The translations under genes and the position numbers were made by a program. DNA of 64,000 bases from Phallusia mammillata (taxonomy: Eukaryota), in assembly GCA_965637545.1 (NCBI GenBank), contig OZ281495.1, positions 26,226,001-26,290,000 of the forward strand, in the 5' to 3' direction. Positions 38,167-55,999 of the stretch are shown in pieces; within the stretch, counting starts at the first letter, position 1, and every line of letters starts with the position of its first letter. The notes below the pieces were generated by a model, which saw only the letters and a program-made list of their open reading frames with translations, had not been told where the DNA came from and made no database searches.

Positions 38167-38546
38167 GCCGGGTTCGGGCCGGGTTCGGGCCGGGTTCGGG
38201 CCGGGTTCGGGCCGGGTTCGGGCCGGGTTCGGGCCGGGTTCGGGCCGGGTTCGGGCCGGGTTCGGGCCGGGTTCGGGCTTAGGTATTTGTGAGAAAACGG
38301 GCTTAAAACGGGCCTGACGTAACGTTCCGTGTCCGCCACTGTTTTTTAAATAAAATCACTCAGCTAAGAAATAATTATCCAGCTTTGACCTAATGCCCAC
38401 TTTCCTCTAAAACGTATTGTTTACCCCTTTGTCTGTCAATCAAATTTCGGGCCTAAACGGGCTTTGCAAAAACGTTTCGGGTTTGGGCCGGGCTTCGGGC
38501 TTATACTTTCGGGTTCGGGCTCAAATTTCGGGCCCGCTTGCAACTC
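38167..38546 (-). mobile_element. GGGTTCGGGCC-rich DNA transposon remnant (hAT-like end CAGAGTTGCAAGCGGGCCCG on the minus strand)
   Basis: 11-bp unit CGGGTTCGGGC repeated ~10 times (38169-38278). 38460-38546 is the reverse complement of 20536-20635. Related decayed ends occur at ~8047, ~25237, ~44837 and ~56597. Confidence 0.65.
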
Positions 38547-38593
38547 TGTTTCAAACTCACCCAGCGATCATTGGTTAAACTTGTATATTTTAG

Positions 38594-43493
<4,900 letters not shown>

Positions 43494-46029
43494 CACGGTT
43501 TAAATGTTTGACATCAGCCTGATTTTGTTACTCTTGTTAGCTTTTAACGGAACGTTTATTTTTTCTTAACGTATCGGACAAAAACAGTTAAAACCTAAAC
43601 TGAACAACGAACTATCATTACGCTAAAATGATTAGCGAAAAACACAAGTTAAAAGGTCTTCTCAGATGCAAATGCCATTTCTCAATTCTATGTGTAAACG
43701 CGTAATATTTTTGTCTCTGTTGATCCTAAAGCACTAATAGACAAAAGTCACAAGATCGTGCTTAAAAAAAAACTTTATTACGCTGTTGCTCCCAAACGAG
43801 CGAGTATTTATTGTGTTTATGTATGATATGTGAATTTCTGTTTTATTTTGCAGTTAAGACTTACACACTATTTTCAAATCGAACATCTCATTGCGTAATG
43901 TTCCAGCCTGACTTTTTTAAGAAAGGTCCATTACGCTGTTGATGCCTTTTTACAAAATACGAACTTGTAAATATGTTTTAAATGTTCTTGAGCTTAAAAC
44001 AAAATGCACATTGCTGCATCTTCAATTATTAAGTGGATCCTGCGCTTTATTTTCGCAGTGTGATCCAGATTTGCAAATAAGTCCACATTTTAAGCGCAAA
44101 TGTAGAATAATAAAAATTCAGGCCCTTATCCGGCTGGTTTATCAACAAACGTAAGCCTAAACCTGTTCTGTCCCTTTACAACTCTGGTGTAAACTATCAT
44201 TTTAATAAAAACCCGTGTGGATTTTGTCGATTGCTTTTCTTAAAATGTCAGCTTTGCAACTTTTGCTGTGTCACTGCCAATATATCAACTTATGGATGAA
44301 AGTCTTTCATGTAAAGAACATAAAACTTTTTTATTGTGTCATTTTGTCGTTGTGCATGTGGTGATGTACTTACCGTTCACAAATATTGCTCTTTTCTTTT
44401 AAAACACGGTGATTGCAATTTCTCCGTTTACAAGCTGTTAAAATTGGGTTTAATCACAAGTCGACAACTAACATAATTACCACAAGGAAAATAAAGGGAT
44501 GAAATCAGCTCAACAAATAATAGTTTCATATACCACCCAAAACTCAATCGACAGAAACGTACATTTGGTTTGCTCAATTTAAAATACATTCCTGTAAATC
44601 ATTTACTAATACGCTCTGAGGAATCTGACCCAACAAGAAATACCACCATGCATGTAGTGTGCAGTGTGCCTTGTTTTCATTATGAACGTGTTTACAGTTC
44701 AAACAAACGCCTCTTAAACACAGGGATGTAATGAGACTGATTCGTGGAACTAAAGTCTCACTTATACAAGAACATTTGTGGTGTTTGTTGAGTAAAGTCG
44801 TGCTTGGTTAAGACGTAAGTTCAACTTGTGTTCGGATCAGAATTGCAAAATTCGAGCCCAGCTTGAAAGTACAAGCCCGGAACCGGTCGGAACCCCAGTC
44901 GTCAGATGGGTGCCATTAACAAGATTGCTTTCTGAGAAAAAATACGGTAAATTGATCCTTGGAGATTGTTTTAGGTTGGTTGGGATATTATGGTTACAAA
45001 ACGCAGAAGAATATGAATGGTGACCAAATTATGTAACAAATACATTAAGTAGCTTTTAGGTAAGTATGCATTTTGGACATCTCATAAGTCTATTCTGAGC
45101 TTATACCACAACACAAATTATAACCTAGAGAATTATCGTTGCGACCTGTTGGATTACAAACTCAGTGGTCCAGTCACACATCCCAATCTAATATATTTAC
45201 ACTGTTTCAATCGACCAATGACTAAATGTAAACGGATTTGTTTACAGTTTAGTTAAGCTCACTGTACTAAAGTACTATGGTATACGATTGAACAAACCAA
45301 TCAAATTAGGCGTGCAACCCTATGAGTAAAATCAAGTGGTTGAAGTCTATTACACAAGCTAGATATTTGTCATAAGATACAAGCATCTTTCGCCATGGTA
45401 CCTTGGCGTTTTTTTTTTATTTTTTTTTTTGTAATAATGAAACGTTAAAATTATCTCATTTTAGCCTACAATGTATGTATTTTACGCGGAAATTGTATTT
45501 TATGTGGTCGGTAGGTGTCTCCCCTGCGCTGTAATATCACTCAATCAAACAGCCTTGTGCATGGCATTCAGTGCAGGTGACCTTTTGAAGGGTTGGGAAG
45601 TTTGTGTTTTGGGATATTTTTTAGTGTCAGAAGGTCAGAACAGATATATAGTGTGTAAATAAATGTAAAGCGTTTTTCACGCCTTAAATCATGGAATGGA
45701 GAGGTCTTACAAAACTGGGATTATTCTAAATATATTTGATCAGATTTTCTAAAATTTGCTGCCAAAAAAAGCTTCAACAAGAAACAGAAAGGCCTGTAGG
45801 CTACATGTGATTAAAACATGACTTTTAATGCAGTTTTTGTCGTTTGCTAAAATGCATCAACTGTCTGTTTCTTTTGAAGAGCTTTTGAATGAACAAGATG
45901 TAATCATTACGATATCTATTAAAATGTGTGCGTTACGGATGAAGTAGTCTTGTCCTAAATGACAGAATTATTCAGCGGTTTGCCTCGGACGTTTTTTTAA
46001 TTCAAACCACGTGGTGATCAATTAAGGGC

Positions 46030-46640
46030 GCCTCGAGTTTGCAGATTCTGCCCGTTGCAACAAACCGGCAGAGCGTTACCTGCCTTGGGGAAGCGATGTT
46101 TAAAGTGTTGTGGGAGGAAGCACTTTGCTCGATTTTGCAAGGTGGCCAATCAACCACAGACATAACGTGCTGAAACCACCATGCAATTTGTAAGTACTTT
46201 TAGTTTACCAAAAAATTGTGTCGTTGATGTGTTTGGTATGTTGTCCACTTGTTTTAAAATTGATACTGGAACACCATTGTTGTCATCGAAGAGCTTCAGG
46301 GATGTCCCAAAATGACTTGCATTCATATTTGCTTATTGTCGTGCATTCATCAAGATATCCCAGGGTGAAAGACATTTTAATCTCCTTGTTGGTGACAGTA
46401 TTAGTTATTACATTTATCATAATAAACCAAGAATCTGTTGTTTCACTTCGATTATCAAGTAGGCTTAAGGAAGTTTTATGTTACCAACAAGATGTGCTGC
46501 CTACATTGTCAAGTTTTTTAAATATTGGATTCTGTTTAGGATTTCACTGATTAAGGGTCAAACGATTACAAAGTTTGTCTCGCATTCCGTCATGGTCGAA
46601 GAAAATCCATTTGCGCTTAAGAAACATTAAGCTACAGAGG
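46030..46640 (+). mobile_element. Decayed Gypsy LTR-retrotransposon gag/protease relic in the spacer (partial copies ~17320-17560, ~55480-55900, ~63620-63860)
   Basis: GKRCLKCCGRKHFARFC (Cx2Cx4Hx4C) at 46097-46138, FKIDTG protease motif at ~46253-46270, and a PFALK motif near 46610. Many stops and frameshifts. Confidence 0.6.
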
Positions 46641-47258
46641 AAACTTCAAACAATTAAAAACACCCAAGTGACTGCAAGAGTAAAAGTAAGTATGTAAGTC
46701 TTGTTTACAAGTATTAAAGGGAAAGGGAAATTATGAAATGTAAGAATAAATTTTGCGGGAGTATTTTCGTCTCGCCGACTAAGGAAACTAATTGCTCCAT
46801 TTTTGATGCTAAGATAATTTGAAACTCCTTGTATGGCTTTTAAAAAGTAAAATTAAACGTAAAAAGAACTGCACTTTGCATTTTTTTAAAATTTGTCCCT
46901 CGTCTGAAGTTTTAACAAGTTAGTGTCCATGATATGTAACATAAACCTGATGTTTTGACGTCCATAGACGGATGTATTGCGTGGGGTTGCACGGGAGCAG
47001 AATATGACAGTCGACTAAAATTTGCTTTGTCCATTTGCTAAGACGACATCTCAAATTTCATGGAGACAATATTACGTTTGATGGCGAAGTTACATCGTTT
47101 ACTCTGATCCACGTACGGTATGAGTGATCGAGTCTCGTAACTAAACGATGTTTTATTTCCGTTTGGTTAACGATATATTTAATTCTGTGGTTATTGTTTG
47201 TAAACCCGTAACAATCAGTTACAACTTTTACATTATATTACAGTTTTCGAGCCTAATT

Positions 47259-47358
47259 ATAAAAGTTTCAGATTTCCGCAGATTATATGCGTACGCGGCG
47301 ATCGTGATTCTCACGGCGGTTTTCATTGACCTGATCTCCACTAAATTTATCCCTGCAA
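47259..47358 (+). pseudogene. Orphan signal-peptide exon related to the type-A leader; lacks ATG at the expected position
   Basis: Reads (ATA)KVSDFRRLYAYAAIVILTAVFIDLISTKFIPA followed by CAA|GTAAG. This is homologous to g1 exon 1 (..[22 protein letters not shown]|GTAAG) and has the same phase. Confidence 0.65.
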
Positions 47359-48148
47359 GTAAGACAATAAAACAATAACTTTATTTTCCAACTTAAGCTG
47401 TGTAAATATATACAAGCGCAAAAAATCTTGTTCTGGACACAATTTTGTCTTAATTTTTTACAACAGTTTTTCGAGCCCAATTAACAAAATTTCAAATTTG
47501 CGCAAATTACCTTTTAAACAAACACATGAGAACATCGCATCTTGTCATCAAGTACGTGATCTAGCGTGAAGTATCACATCGTGCAATGAATTGTCCAATT
47601 TGTACACCGGACACATGTATACAGCACGATTTAACTGCGCACTTCCTTTTGCTTGTTACCATTGGCGGGTCACATACTTCAGACATCGTTTGTATGGTTT
47701 CGATAATCGCGCTTCACTTGCTTGAGTTTGTAAAAAGGAGTAATTAGTTCAGCCACCTCAGAAAGCAGATTAAACCTAAAAGCTTAATTTAGTCAGTTTA
47801 TATTTCAGCGTATTTTATATTAACCAATAGAAATATAATGTAGTTGATACAACAACATCACGAAGAATTTATTTGATAGAAACACTTAATTTTCTGTTGG
47901 CATGAATTTGACTGTCGTTTTTGTTGAAGGATTAACCATAAATGGTCTGTTGTGAAGACGTCACACGTTTACATGAGATGTTTGCAGTGCTATTAACAAA
48001 TGTGGAATTAGCGTTCTTAGTACTAGTCTGTTTTTGTTTAAAGTATACCAACCAAAAGTATTGCGGCAAAATATTTTGATTTGGTTTGCGTTACACTGGA
48101 CTCGAGTAAAGAGATAAACATCTGATTATAGACTACACGTGGAGGGCA

Positions 48149-51100
48149 ATGATTTCACCGAAAGCTAGTGGCTTGGTGCTGACTTTCTTATTTGACTTCA
48201 TCGCTGTGTCATTGGGACAGTCAGGTAACGTAATGACATTACCAACTGATGACTTAACTGTATTGTTTTATATTTGCATTGTTTACAATCAGTCGTAAAT
48301 TAAGGAATAACGGTTCGACGTCCTGACAAAACAATTGCTACTGGATAGACGAACCGCTAAGAGTCCCATCGCAAATGTATCACATATATCAACTTTTAAA
48401 ATACTGTTTCAAAAATTCATTTATAGTCAGTACTACTTTCTGGGCGAATGCATTGCGCCTAACATGACCTACACAAAAAATGTACAACGAATTTAAACTA
48501 AAAGTATTGCTTAAGTGACGTGCAAGACACAGTTTTCTGACTTGAAGCACTCGATCACGAGCGTGATTTGCCCGGCCAATTGCTGGGAAGAAAATCTGTC
48601 GTTGTGTGGAAATGGGGTCTACACAAGCGGCCCGATATGTCTTGCAGCAATGCACGACCAACAGATTGATAGTGAGTGAAACCAAATGCCTGTTGTCGTT
48701 TTATAACAGGGGTGGGCAAACTTTTCAGTGCAAGGGCCGCATTCAAAAGTTTATAGACTTATCGGGCCGCATGGTATTTCACCAACGGCCGCCAATTGCT
48801 TGCTTGTTGTTTTGTTTTAAAACAACTGATGTAAAGAATAAGGTTTGTATCATATATATACCATTTAAAGTCGCCGAAGATGCTCTAATTAACAATTTCT
48901 AACTTGTGCACAAGTTTAGCTGAACAGAGCTAACTGTTTATGACGTCATAAACTGTATTGTGACGATTGCAGTGCCCGTTTTTTCGCATTGTTTGCACAT
49001 AATAAGCGGATAAAAAGCCTGGCGCATATGGTTACTAGATTGGTAATCTTTTTTCCAGTCCCACGAAATCTGTTTCAGCAGTTTGAAAATCAAAATATTT
49101 AGCAAAATAGATTGCGGCCGCAGGTTGTGCACCCCTGCGCAAAATTATTACATAGTATATTTTCAGCTTTATGCAAATACGTTTGTTCATGATTGTACAA
49201 ACAGTGGTTGAAACGCTACAATTGTAGGCTAATTGTTTTTTTTTTAAAAACAAGGGTTTGTTGCAACAAAGGCTGAATTTTTTAAGGTGTTTAATTTCTC
49301 CAGCGGTTTCCCAAAATTTGGAAATGGCTATTTTTTGGTATTTAAATGAAACACTTGCGGTCTCTTAAAACTACTTTGCGGTCACCCAAACCAAACCTTA
49401 TAAAAAACTGATCGTGCGGGTACAGATACTGCACATGATATTGGTATCGGCAAGTCACACCCCCGGTATTTTTAAAACTCTGCGCCTGTGCTCATAGTAC
49501 TATTCAGCGTTACTCGGAAACATTTGGCGGGCCGCATGCGGCCCGCGGGCCGTAGTTTGCCCACCCCTGTTTTATAAGAAGCACCATGTAAAAAAAAACA
49601 TTACTCTAGATTCCGGTGGACTTGTTCAGGTTTTTCGCAATCCGGGCCAAGGAGCTCATTTGTATGGAAAACAAAAAAATGGCGTTCAAACTCAAACCTG
49701 CTCTGCGGGGAAATACTCTTACACATTTTCAAGTAAGAATATGTTAAACTGACATAGTGTTTTTATTACCTTAAAATTGTGTCAGTGACCTGCACAACAA
49801 CTGGCGACTGCGAATTACCGATCACCCATGTCTACTGTCCGGCAAAATGCACCGGTGCTTCCTACATGTACACGAGTGGAAAATATTTTACTAACAGCTC
49901 TGTCTGCGCTGCTGCAAAAAAGCGAGGAACGATTTCAGGTTCGTGGAATGTTGAAACTGTACGAAGATGTAGGTGCAGTAAAAGTTTTTTATTTTCAAGC
50001 AAAAACGATTGCCTGCAAGCTTGATTGCTCTTGGGTTGTCTGTTTGTTGCTTCCACGACTTGATACAAAAACTATGTGGTTTGGTAAATCACTTGAGAAA
50101 AGCATTTTTTAGGAATACGAGGCTGCGTTTTTTGTTCAATAAAAAAGTAGATGTGAAATTCGCTCGCGAAAACATGTTTTAGTAATATGAAGTCCTTTCA
50201 CAAACAATTTCTTTTCACAGATGCTGGTGGCAAGGTTGTCATCTATGCGATGAAGGCAAAGGCATACAACGGCACAAACACGAGCAACACCGACTGGTTT
50301 TCTTTTGATGGTAAAACATTTTGTAACGTTTTGCAATAAGCTGTAGACAACGACAATGTTAAAGCCTTTAAATATGGTTATACTGGTGACGCAAATGCTC
50401 CAAGCATCAATTAGCATTTTAGTTTATATTACCAAGACCACACAAATGGTTTACAACTGGATTGAATCAGGGGACCAAATAAATTACCAATATTGAAATA
50501 ACCCTAAACGATCCTTTTTTCAAACAAAAGTTTTGTTGTTTATCAATCAAGCTTATATTCTCACAAACAGTATTCATGAAATTAACAACCGATTGATGTG
50601 GTACTGTTATGCTGTGGTAAAACTTCAATTTTGTAAACAATATTCTCTCACAAACAAAATACAAAACAAAAATGATATAATTCCTCACTAGCACAAACTT
50701 ATAATGTAAAAATAACATCTGTTTGGTGGCCACATATTCACTTCAAAAAGGACCCCCTGAACCTTGCACATCTCTGTTTTACTGTTTTAGACTTCGATGT
50801 TTGCTCCTACGTGAACCCGTGTGCAAATACCGGTACATGCGTCGACTTGCTCGCTGATTATGGCTGCTTGTGTCCGGAAAAGTACACCGGAAGGAACTGT
50901 GAAACCGGTAAGTCAGTTTTGGACCCAGGTTTGTCGTGTTTCTACCTTGCATTCATGCAATATCAATTCAGCGAATGAAAAATGTGATAGTTGCATTGCA
51001 TGCTGAAAAAATAAAATGTACGGTGCATTGATTTGTGGACCACGGATAAGTTTCAGACCATAAGGGCATTTGTTTTTTGTCGCATGATTTTCTTCACACC

Positions 51101-52377
51101 TATTCATGTAGCAATTAAACATTATTCTTTTTGACAGAATTGCCTTGTGCCCCGGGAAACCAAAAATCTGCACTTGCCGAAAAGTTAAAGAGTCTCTGTT
51201 CACAAGGATGGACTGTAAGTTATCATCAGTCTATACTTCACATTGTCTTAAACTAACGATTGCGGTTTAGACGATTCAAACTCGCTTTGATGGAAGTGTT
51301 AGCTTTCGTAGAACCTGGGAAGATTATAAAACTGGGTTTGGAAATCCGTCTGGTGAATTTTGGCTGGGTTGGTTTTTGATTCTTGTGCGGAAATCAATTA
51401 CATATAAGAAATCGGCCACAAACACAAACCGATAGGTTTCAACACTGGAAAGGATATTACTCAATCGAATTTACTAAATCGAGTGTTTGAGTCATGATTC
51501 CTCACTGCAAAACCTGAATATTTTTCTACATACTTCCCAACCGTGTTAAATCTTGAAAAATTATTACCGCTACCAACGGTAAAAGCACACAAATACAGTG
51601 TTCCCATATACGTTTTTCCGAGATTTTCATCAAGTTTTGAATTTAAAAAAAAATCTCATTTAAACACATACTTCTGCATACGTAGGTTTGGATAAAATTC
51701 ACGCGATGACCCAATCAAAATCCTGCCGAGTTCGATTCGATTTGACAAACCCCGGCGCGGAAGAGAAATTTGCCGAATACAGGTGAACAAATATAACTAA
51801 CCCCGTAAAGCTTCTCTTCTCTAGTTAATATTTGGAAACATTGTTAAAGCGGATAACTAAGAACGTTTGATCATAGATAAAATAGTTGGAATATCACAAC
51901 CTGCAAATGTTTGTGATTAAATGTGTAAAAAATATTTGTTAACTATTCAATGGGCGATAAGAAAGTTTGCAATGTCGATATTTGTGAAAATTTTTGTTAC
52001 AAGTTCTAAAAGCCTTCGACTCAAGATTTGTTTTGCAGTTTATTTAGAATCGGCTCGGAAAGCGACAAGTACAGACTGACCATTTACGGCTATATGACGT
52101 CATCAACTCTTATTGATAAGATGGATTATCAGAAAGGGGTGCAGTTCTCCACGAATGACAGAGATAACGACCGTTCTCAGTAAGAATGCTGACGTTTGCA
52201 TTAAATTTCAGCTGAGTGATTTTGGTTATTTACAGTAACAATTGTGCGGTGGTAGATGGAGGTGGAGGTGGATGGTGGTACAACAACTGCGCTCAAGCCG
52301 ACCTTAATCGGAATTCTCATCCTTATTGGCAACCATTTTATTTTGACGTTGCCGCAATTAGCATAAATTGCGATTGA
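48149..52377 (+). CDS. g6: secreted SP-LCCL-LCCL-EGF-FReD protein, open ORF of 422 aa
   Basis: Exons 48149-48224, 48516-48671, 49610-49732, 49786-49938, 50221-50310, 50791-50907, 51138-51214, 51271-51367, 51686-51782, 52039-52179, 52236-52377; GT-AG, total 1269 nt, open. Leader [25 protein letters not shown]. Confidence 0.9.
48707..49569. mobile_element. Non-autonomous hAT (Charlie-like) transposon in intron 2 of g6
   Basis: Perfect 16-bp TIR CAGGGGTGGGCAAACT / AGTTTGCCCACCCCTG and perfect 8-bp TSD TTTTATAA. The empty site is visible in g2 (~12215-12225). Confidence 0.93.
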
Positions 52378-55004
52378 CACGGTTTAAATGTTTGAAATCA
52401 GCCTGATTTTGTTACTTTTGTTAGGCGTTAGTTTGACGCAACATTTCTGTTTTCTTAACGTGTCAGGCAAAAACAGTTAAAACTTAAATTGAACAACGCA
52501 ATATTATTACGCTAAAGTCAAACATGCAAAAGACGCAAAGAAGTCTTATTCAGATGCAACTGAATTCCATAATACAATTCTATGTGTAAACGCTTAATAT
52601 TTGTGTGTCTGTTGAAAGCACTAATAGACCAAAGTCACATTATCGTGCTGAAAAATAAAACTCAATTACGCTGTTGATCCAAAACGGGCGAGAATTGAAT
52701 GTGTTTATGTATGTATGATATGCGATTTTTGTTTTGTAGCTGGAACTTACACAATAAATTCCAATCGAACATTTGACGGCAAATTATTTATTACATCAAA
52801 ATCAATTTATATGTATCAGAATATCCTAATTATCACTTAATAATAAAAATAAGTTCCAGTCTGACTCCTTATAGGAAGGATTCTTTGCGCTGTAGATGCG
52901 TTTTCACACAATCCGAACTTGTACATATGTTTTAAATGTTCTTGAACTCAAAACCAACTGCACTTTGCTGCATCTTCAATTATCATATTAATCCTGCGCT
53001 TTATCTTCGCAGCAGTGTGATTCAGATTTGGAAAACAAGCCCACATTTTAAACGCAAATCCAGAAAAATAAACATTCAGGCCCTTATCCGGCTTGTTTGT
53101 CAACACACATAAGCCTGAATCTGACCTTAAAAGCCCGTTTCGATTTACAACTCTGGTGTAAACTATCATTTTGAAAAAAACGTGTGGAATTTGTCGATTG
53201 TTTATCCTATTGTGCCAGTTTAGAACCGTTTGCTGCGTTTTTTGCACACATATCCACCTGTGGATTAATGTCTTTCATGTAAAGAACATAAATCTGATTT
53301 TATTGTTTCTTTTTATCGTTGTAAATGTGTGGATGTAAGCTTACTTACCGTACACAAATGTTGCTATTTTTCTTTTAAAACGCGGTGATTGCAATTTCTC
53401 TGTTTACAAAATGTTTAAAGTATGTTTTAGCACAGCGCGACAATTAACACAATTACAGTGTAACTCTTGAAGTATAACAATTACCATATCGGTAGAACTC
53501 TTGAAAAATACAGGAATGGAATCAGCTCGACAAATCATAGTTTGACGGTAATATTTAAAAACTCAATTGATAGAAATGTACATTTGGTTTGCTTAATTCG
53601 AAGTACATTCCAGGTACAATCCAAATACAAGCATGTATGTAGCAATTCCAAGTACATTTCAGTTCATCACTTGTGAATACGCTCTGGGAATCTGGCCCAA
53701 CCTTAAAATATAACCATGCATGTAGCATAGTGTGCCTTGCTTTCATTATAAACGTGCCTACAGTTCTAAACGCACTTAAACGCAGCGATGTAATGAGACC
53801 GATTCGTAGAACTAAAGTCCCACTTATGCAAGAACATTTGTAGTGTTTGTTGAGTAAAGACGTGCTTGGTTATGGCGTAAGTTCAACCTGTGGTCGGATC
53901 AGAACTGCAAAAAACGCATTTCAGTTCGTTTTGTTGATATAGGTCCAGCAATTATAACGCCTTGCAAGGGAGATATTTATGTATTTTAGATTGATCCATT
54001 AACTGGGGTCCAATTTGAAAAGTTCTTAGAAAAAATACGGTAAACTGATTTATAGATATTGATTAGGTTAAGTTGAGTTATGTGTTTACAAACTCAGGCG
54101 AACATGAAGTGAGCAACGTGATTTTACCGTAAAGATATAGGAATGATAGAAATCATGACATTCTAAATGGCGAATTTAAGCATTATGGGTCTAGAACTGA
54201 AAATATGACGATGACGAAATCCTATTTTATTGCTCTCATGTGACAAATCTATAAAGTCGCTATTATGTAAGTTTGGATTTTGGTTATATCATCACTCTGT
54301 TCTGGGCTTATACTGAACCCAAATTATCGTTTATCGTTACGACCCATTGGAATACAAAGCCAGTGGTTCAGACACTCACACTGTTTCAATCGAACAACTG
54401 CTGCATGTGAACGGACTTGTTAACGGTTTAATTAAGCTCAATGTTCTATAGCACTATGGTTACGGCTGGACAAACCAATCAAATTTGTCGTACAACACCA
54501 CAAGTAAAACCAAGTGGTTGGATTCTATCACACAAGCTAGAAGTTTGTCACAATGGATGACAATGTAGGGTAAAACTATATTTCGCCACTTTGCCTAGAC
54601 GTTTTTTTTATTTTCTTGTGAAACTATGTCATTTTAGCCTACTATGTTTGCATTTTTTTGCAGAATTGATATTTAATTTTGTTGTAAGGTGTCGCCCCTG
54701 GGTAGTTTGTTTGTTGAGGAATTTGTTGTATAGTGTCAGAAGCAAAAAGAAAATATGAAGATGTATTTTTGCCGTGCATTTCGAAGAGTGAACTTTTTTT
54801 ATAAAACTGAATCAAGTTTATTTGTGTATTTAATATTTGTTTTGGAGCTATTCAATGTTGCTCCACATTTTGGAATAACAAAGTTGAAAAAAAATGATAA
54901 TTAAAGATTTAATATTTATTATTACTGACTAGAAAACAGTAAAGGTTTCGGTGACTGTTGTGACTCTAATTTAGGGTTTATTTAATATTTGCATGTATAT
55001 AGTA

Positions 55005-55239
55005 CAGTGGTCGACAACCGCCGGGCCGCGGCCCGGTACCGGTCCGCGAGGAGTTTGTTACAGAGCCGTATATATTTTCAAGTTAAATGGTATGAAACAT
55101 TTTGCCCATGTATCCCGGGGATGATAAACTATTTTAAGCGTTTTTATTGCTGAATATTTGTGGTTTTTTGAAGACCGGTCCGCGATAAAATTTCACTTTC
55201 AAAAACGGTCCGCAGTGCAAAAAAGGTTGCCGACCCCTG
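55005..55239. mobile_element. hAT MITE
   Basis: Imperfect TIR CAGTGGTCGACAACC / GGTTGCCGACCCCTG and perfect 8-bp TSD ATATAGTA. An empty site occurs in a paralogous spacer near 63345. Confidence 0.88.
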
Positions 55240-55999
55240 ATATAGTACATAAGATATTTAATCAGCTTTTCCAAAGTATGATGCAAAAAGAAGTTTAAAC
55301 AAGAAACATACCTATACATATTTTTAAACGTTTTTAAACGAACAAGATTTAACTCCTAATTAAGCTAGTATATACTGTACGTTACAAACGAAACAGTGAA
55401 GTCTCAACAGTGTTATCAAGCAGGTTTTGTCTTAGATGTTGTTCAATTTCAACCACGTTCCAATAAGCCAACGGCGCCCCGAGTTTGCAGATTCTGCGCG
55501 TTGCAACAAAACGTCAGAGCGTTACCTGCCTTGGGGCCACTTGATTCGCAGGCATTATGTGCTGAAACCACCAGCCATTTTATGAGTACTACTAGTTCAT
55601 CAAAAGATTGTATCGTTAATATGTTTGGTTTGTGGTCCGCTTTTGAAATTGATGTTGAAATTGTTGTCACTGAAGAGTTTTAGGGACGTCCCAAAATGAT
55701 TTGCATTCATATTTGCTTACTATCGTGCATTCGTCAAGATATCCCAAGTAGCAATACATTTTACTCTCCTTCCGTGTTGTTGATGCTATTAGTTATTGCA
55801 TTAATCATTATAAAAGGAAACAGAAAAACCTAAACGATTTTGTTTCACTTACATTAATAAATAGGCTTGAAGCAATTTCATGTGACCAACCAGTTGTGCT
55901 GGCTACATTGTCAAGGTTTTTCATATTGGCTTTTTTTTTCTTTATTCCACCCTGAAATAATGCGGCGAAATGTTTTGATTTGTTTTGTATTAGGCTACT

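Noticed and set aside
38169-38278. (GGGTTCGGGCC)n as an interstitial telomere
   Set aside because: It is not a TTAGGG-type unit and matches subterminal motifs of the dispersed element seen at 20536-21312.
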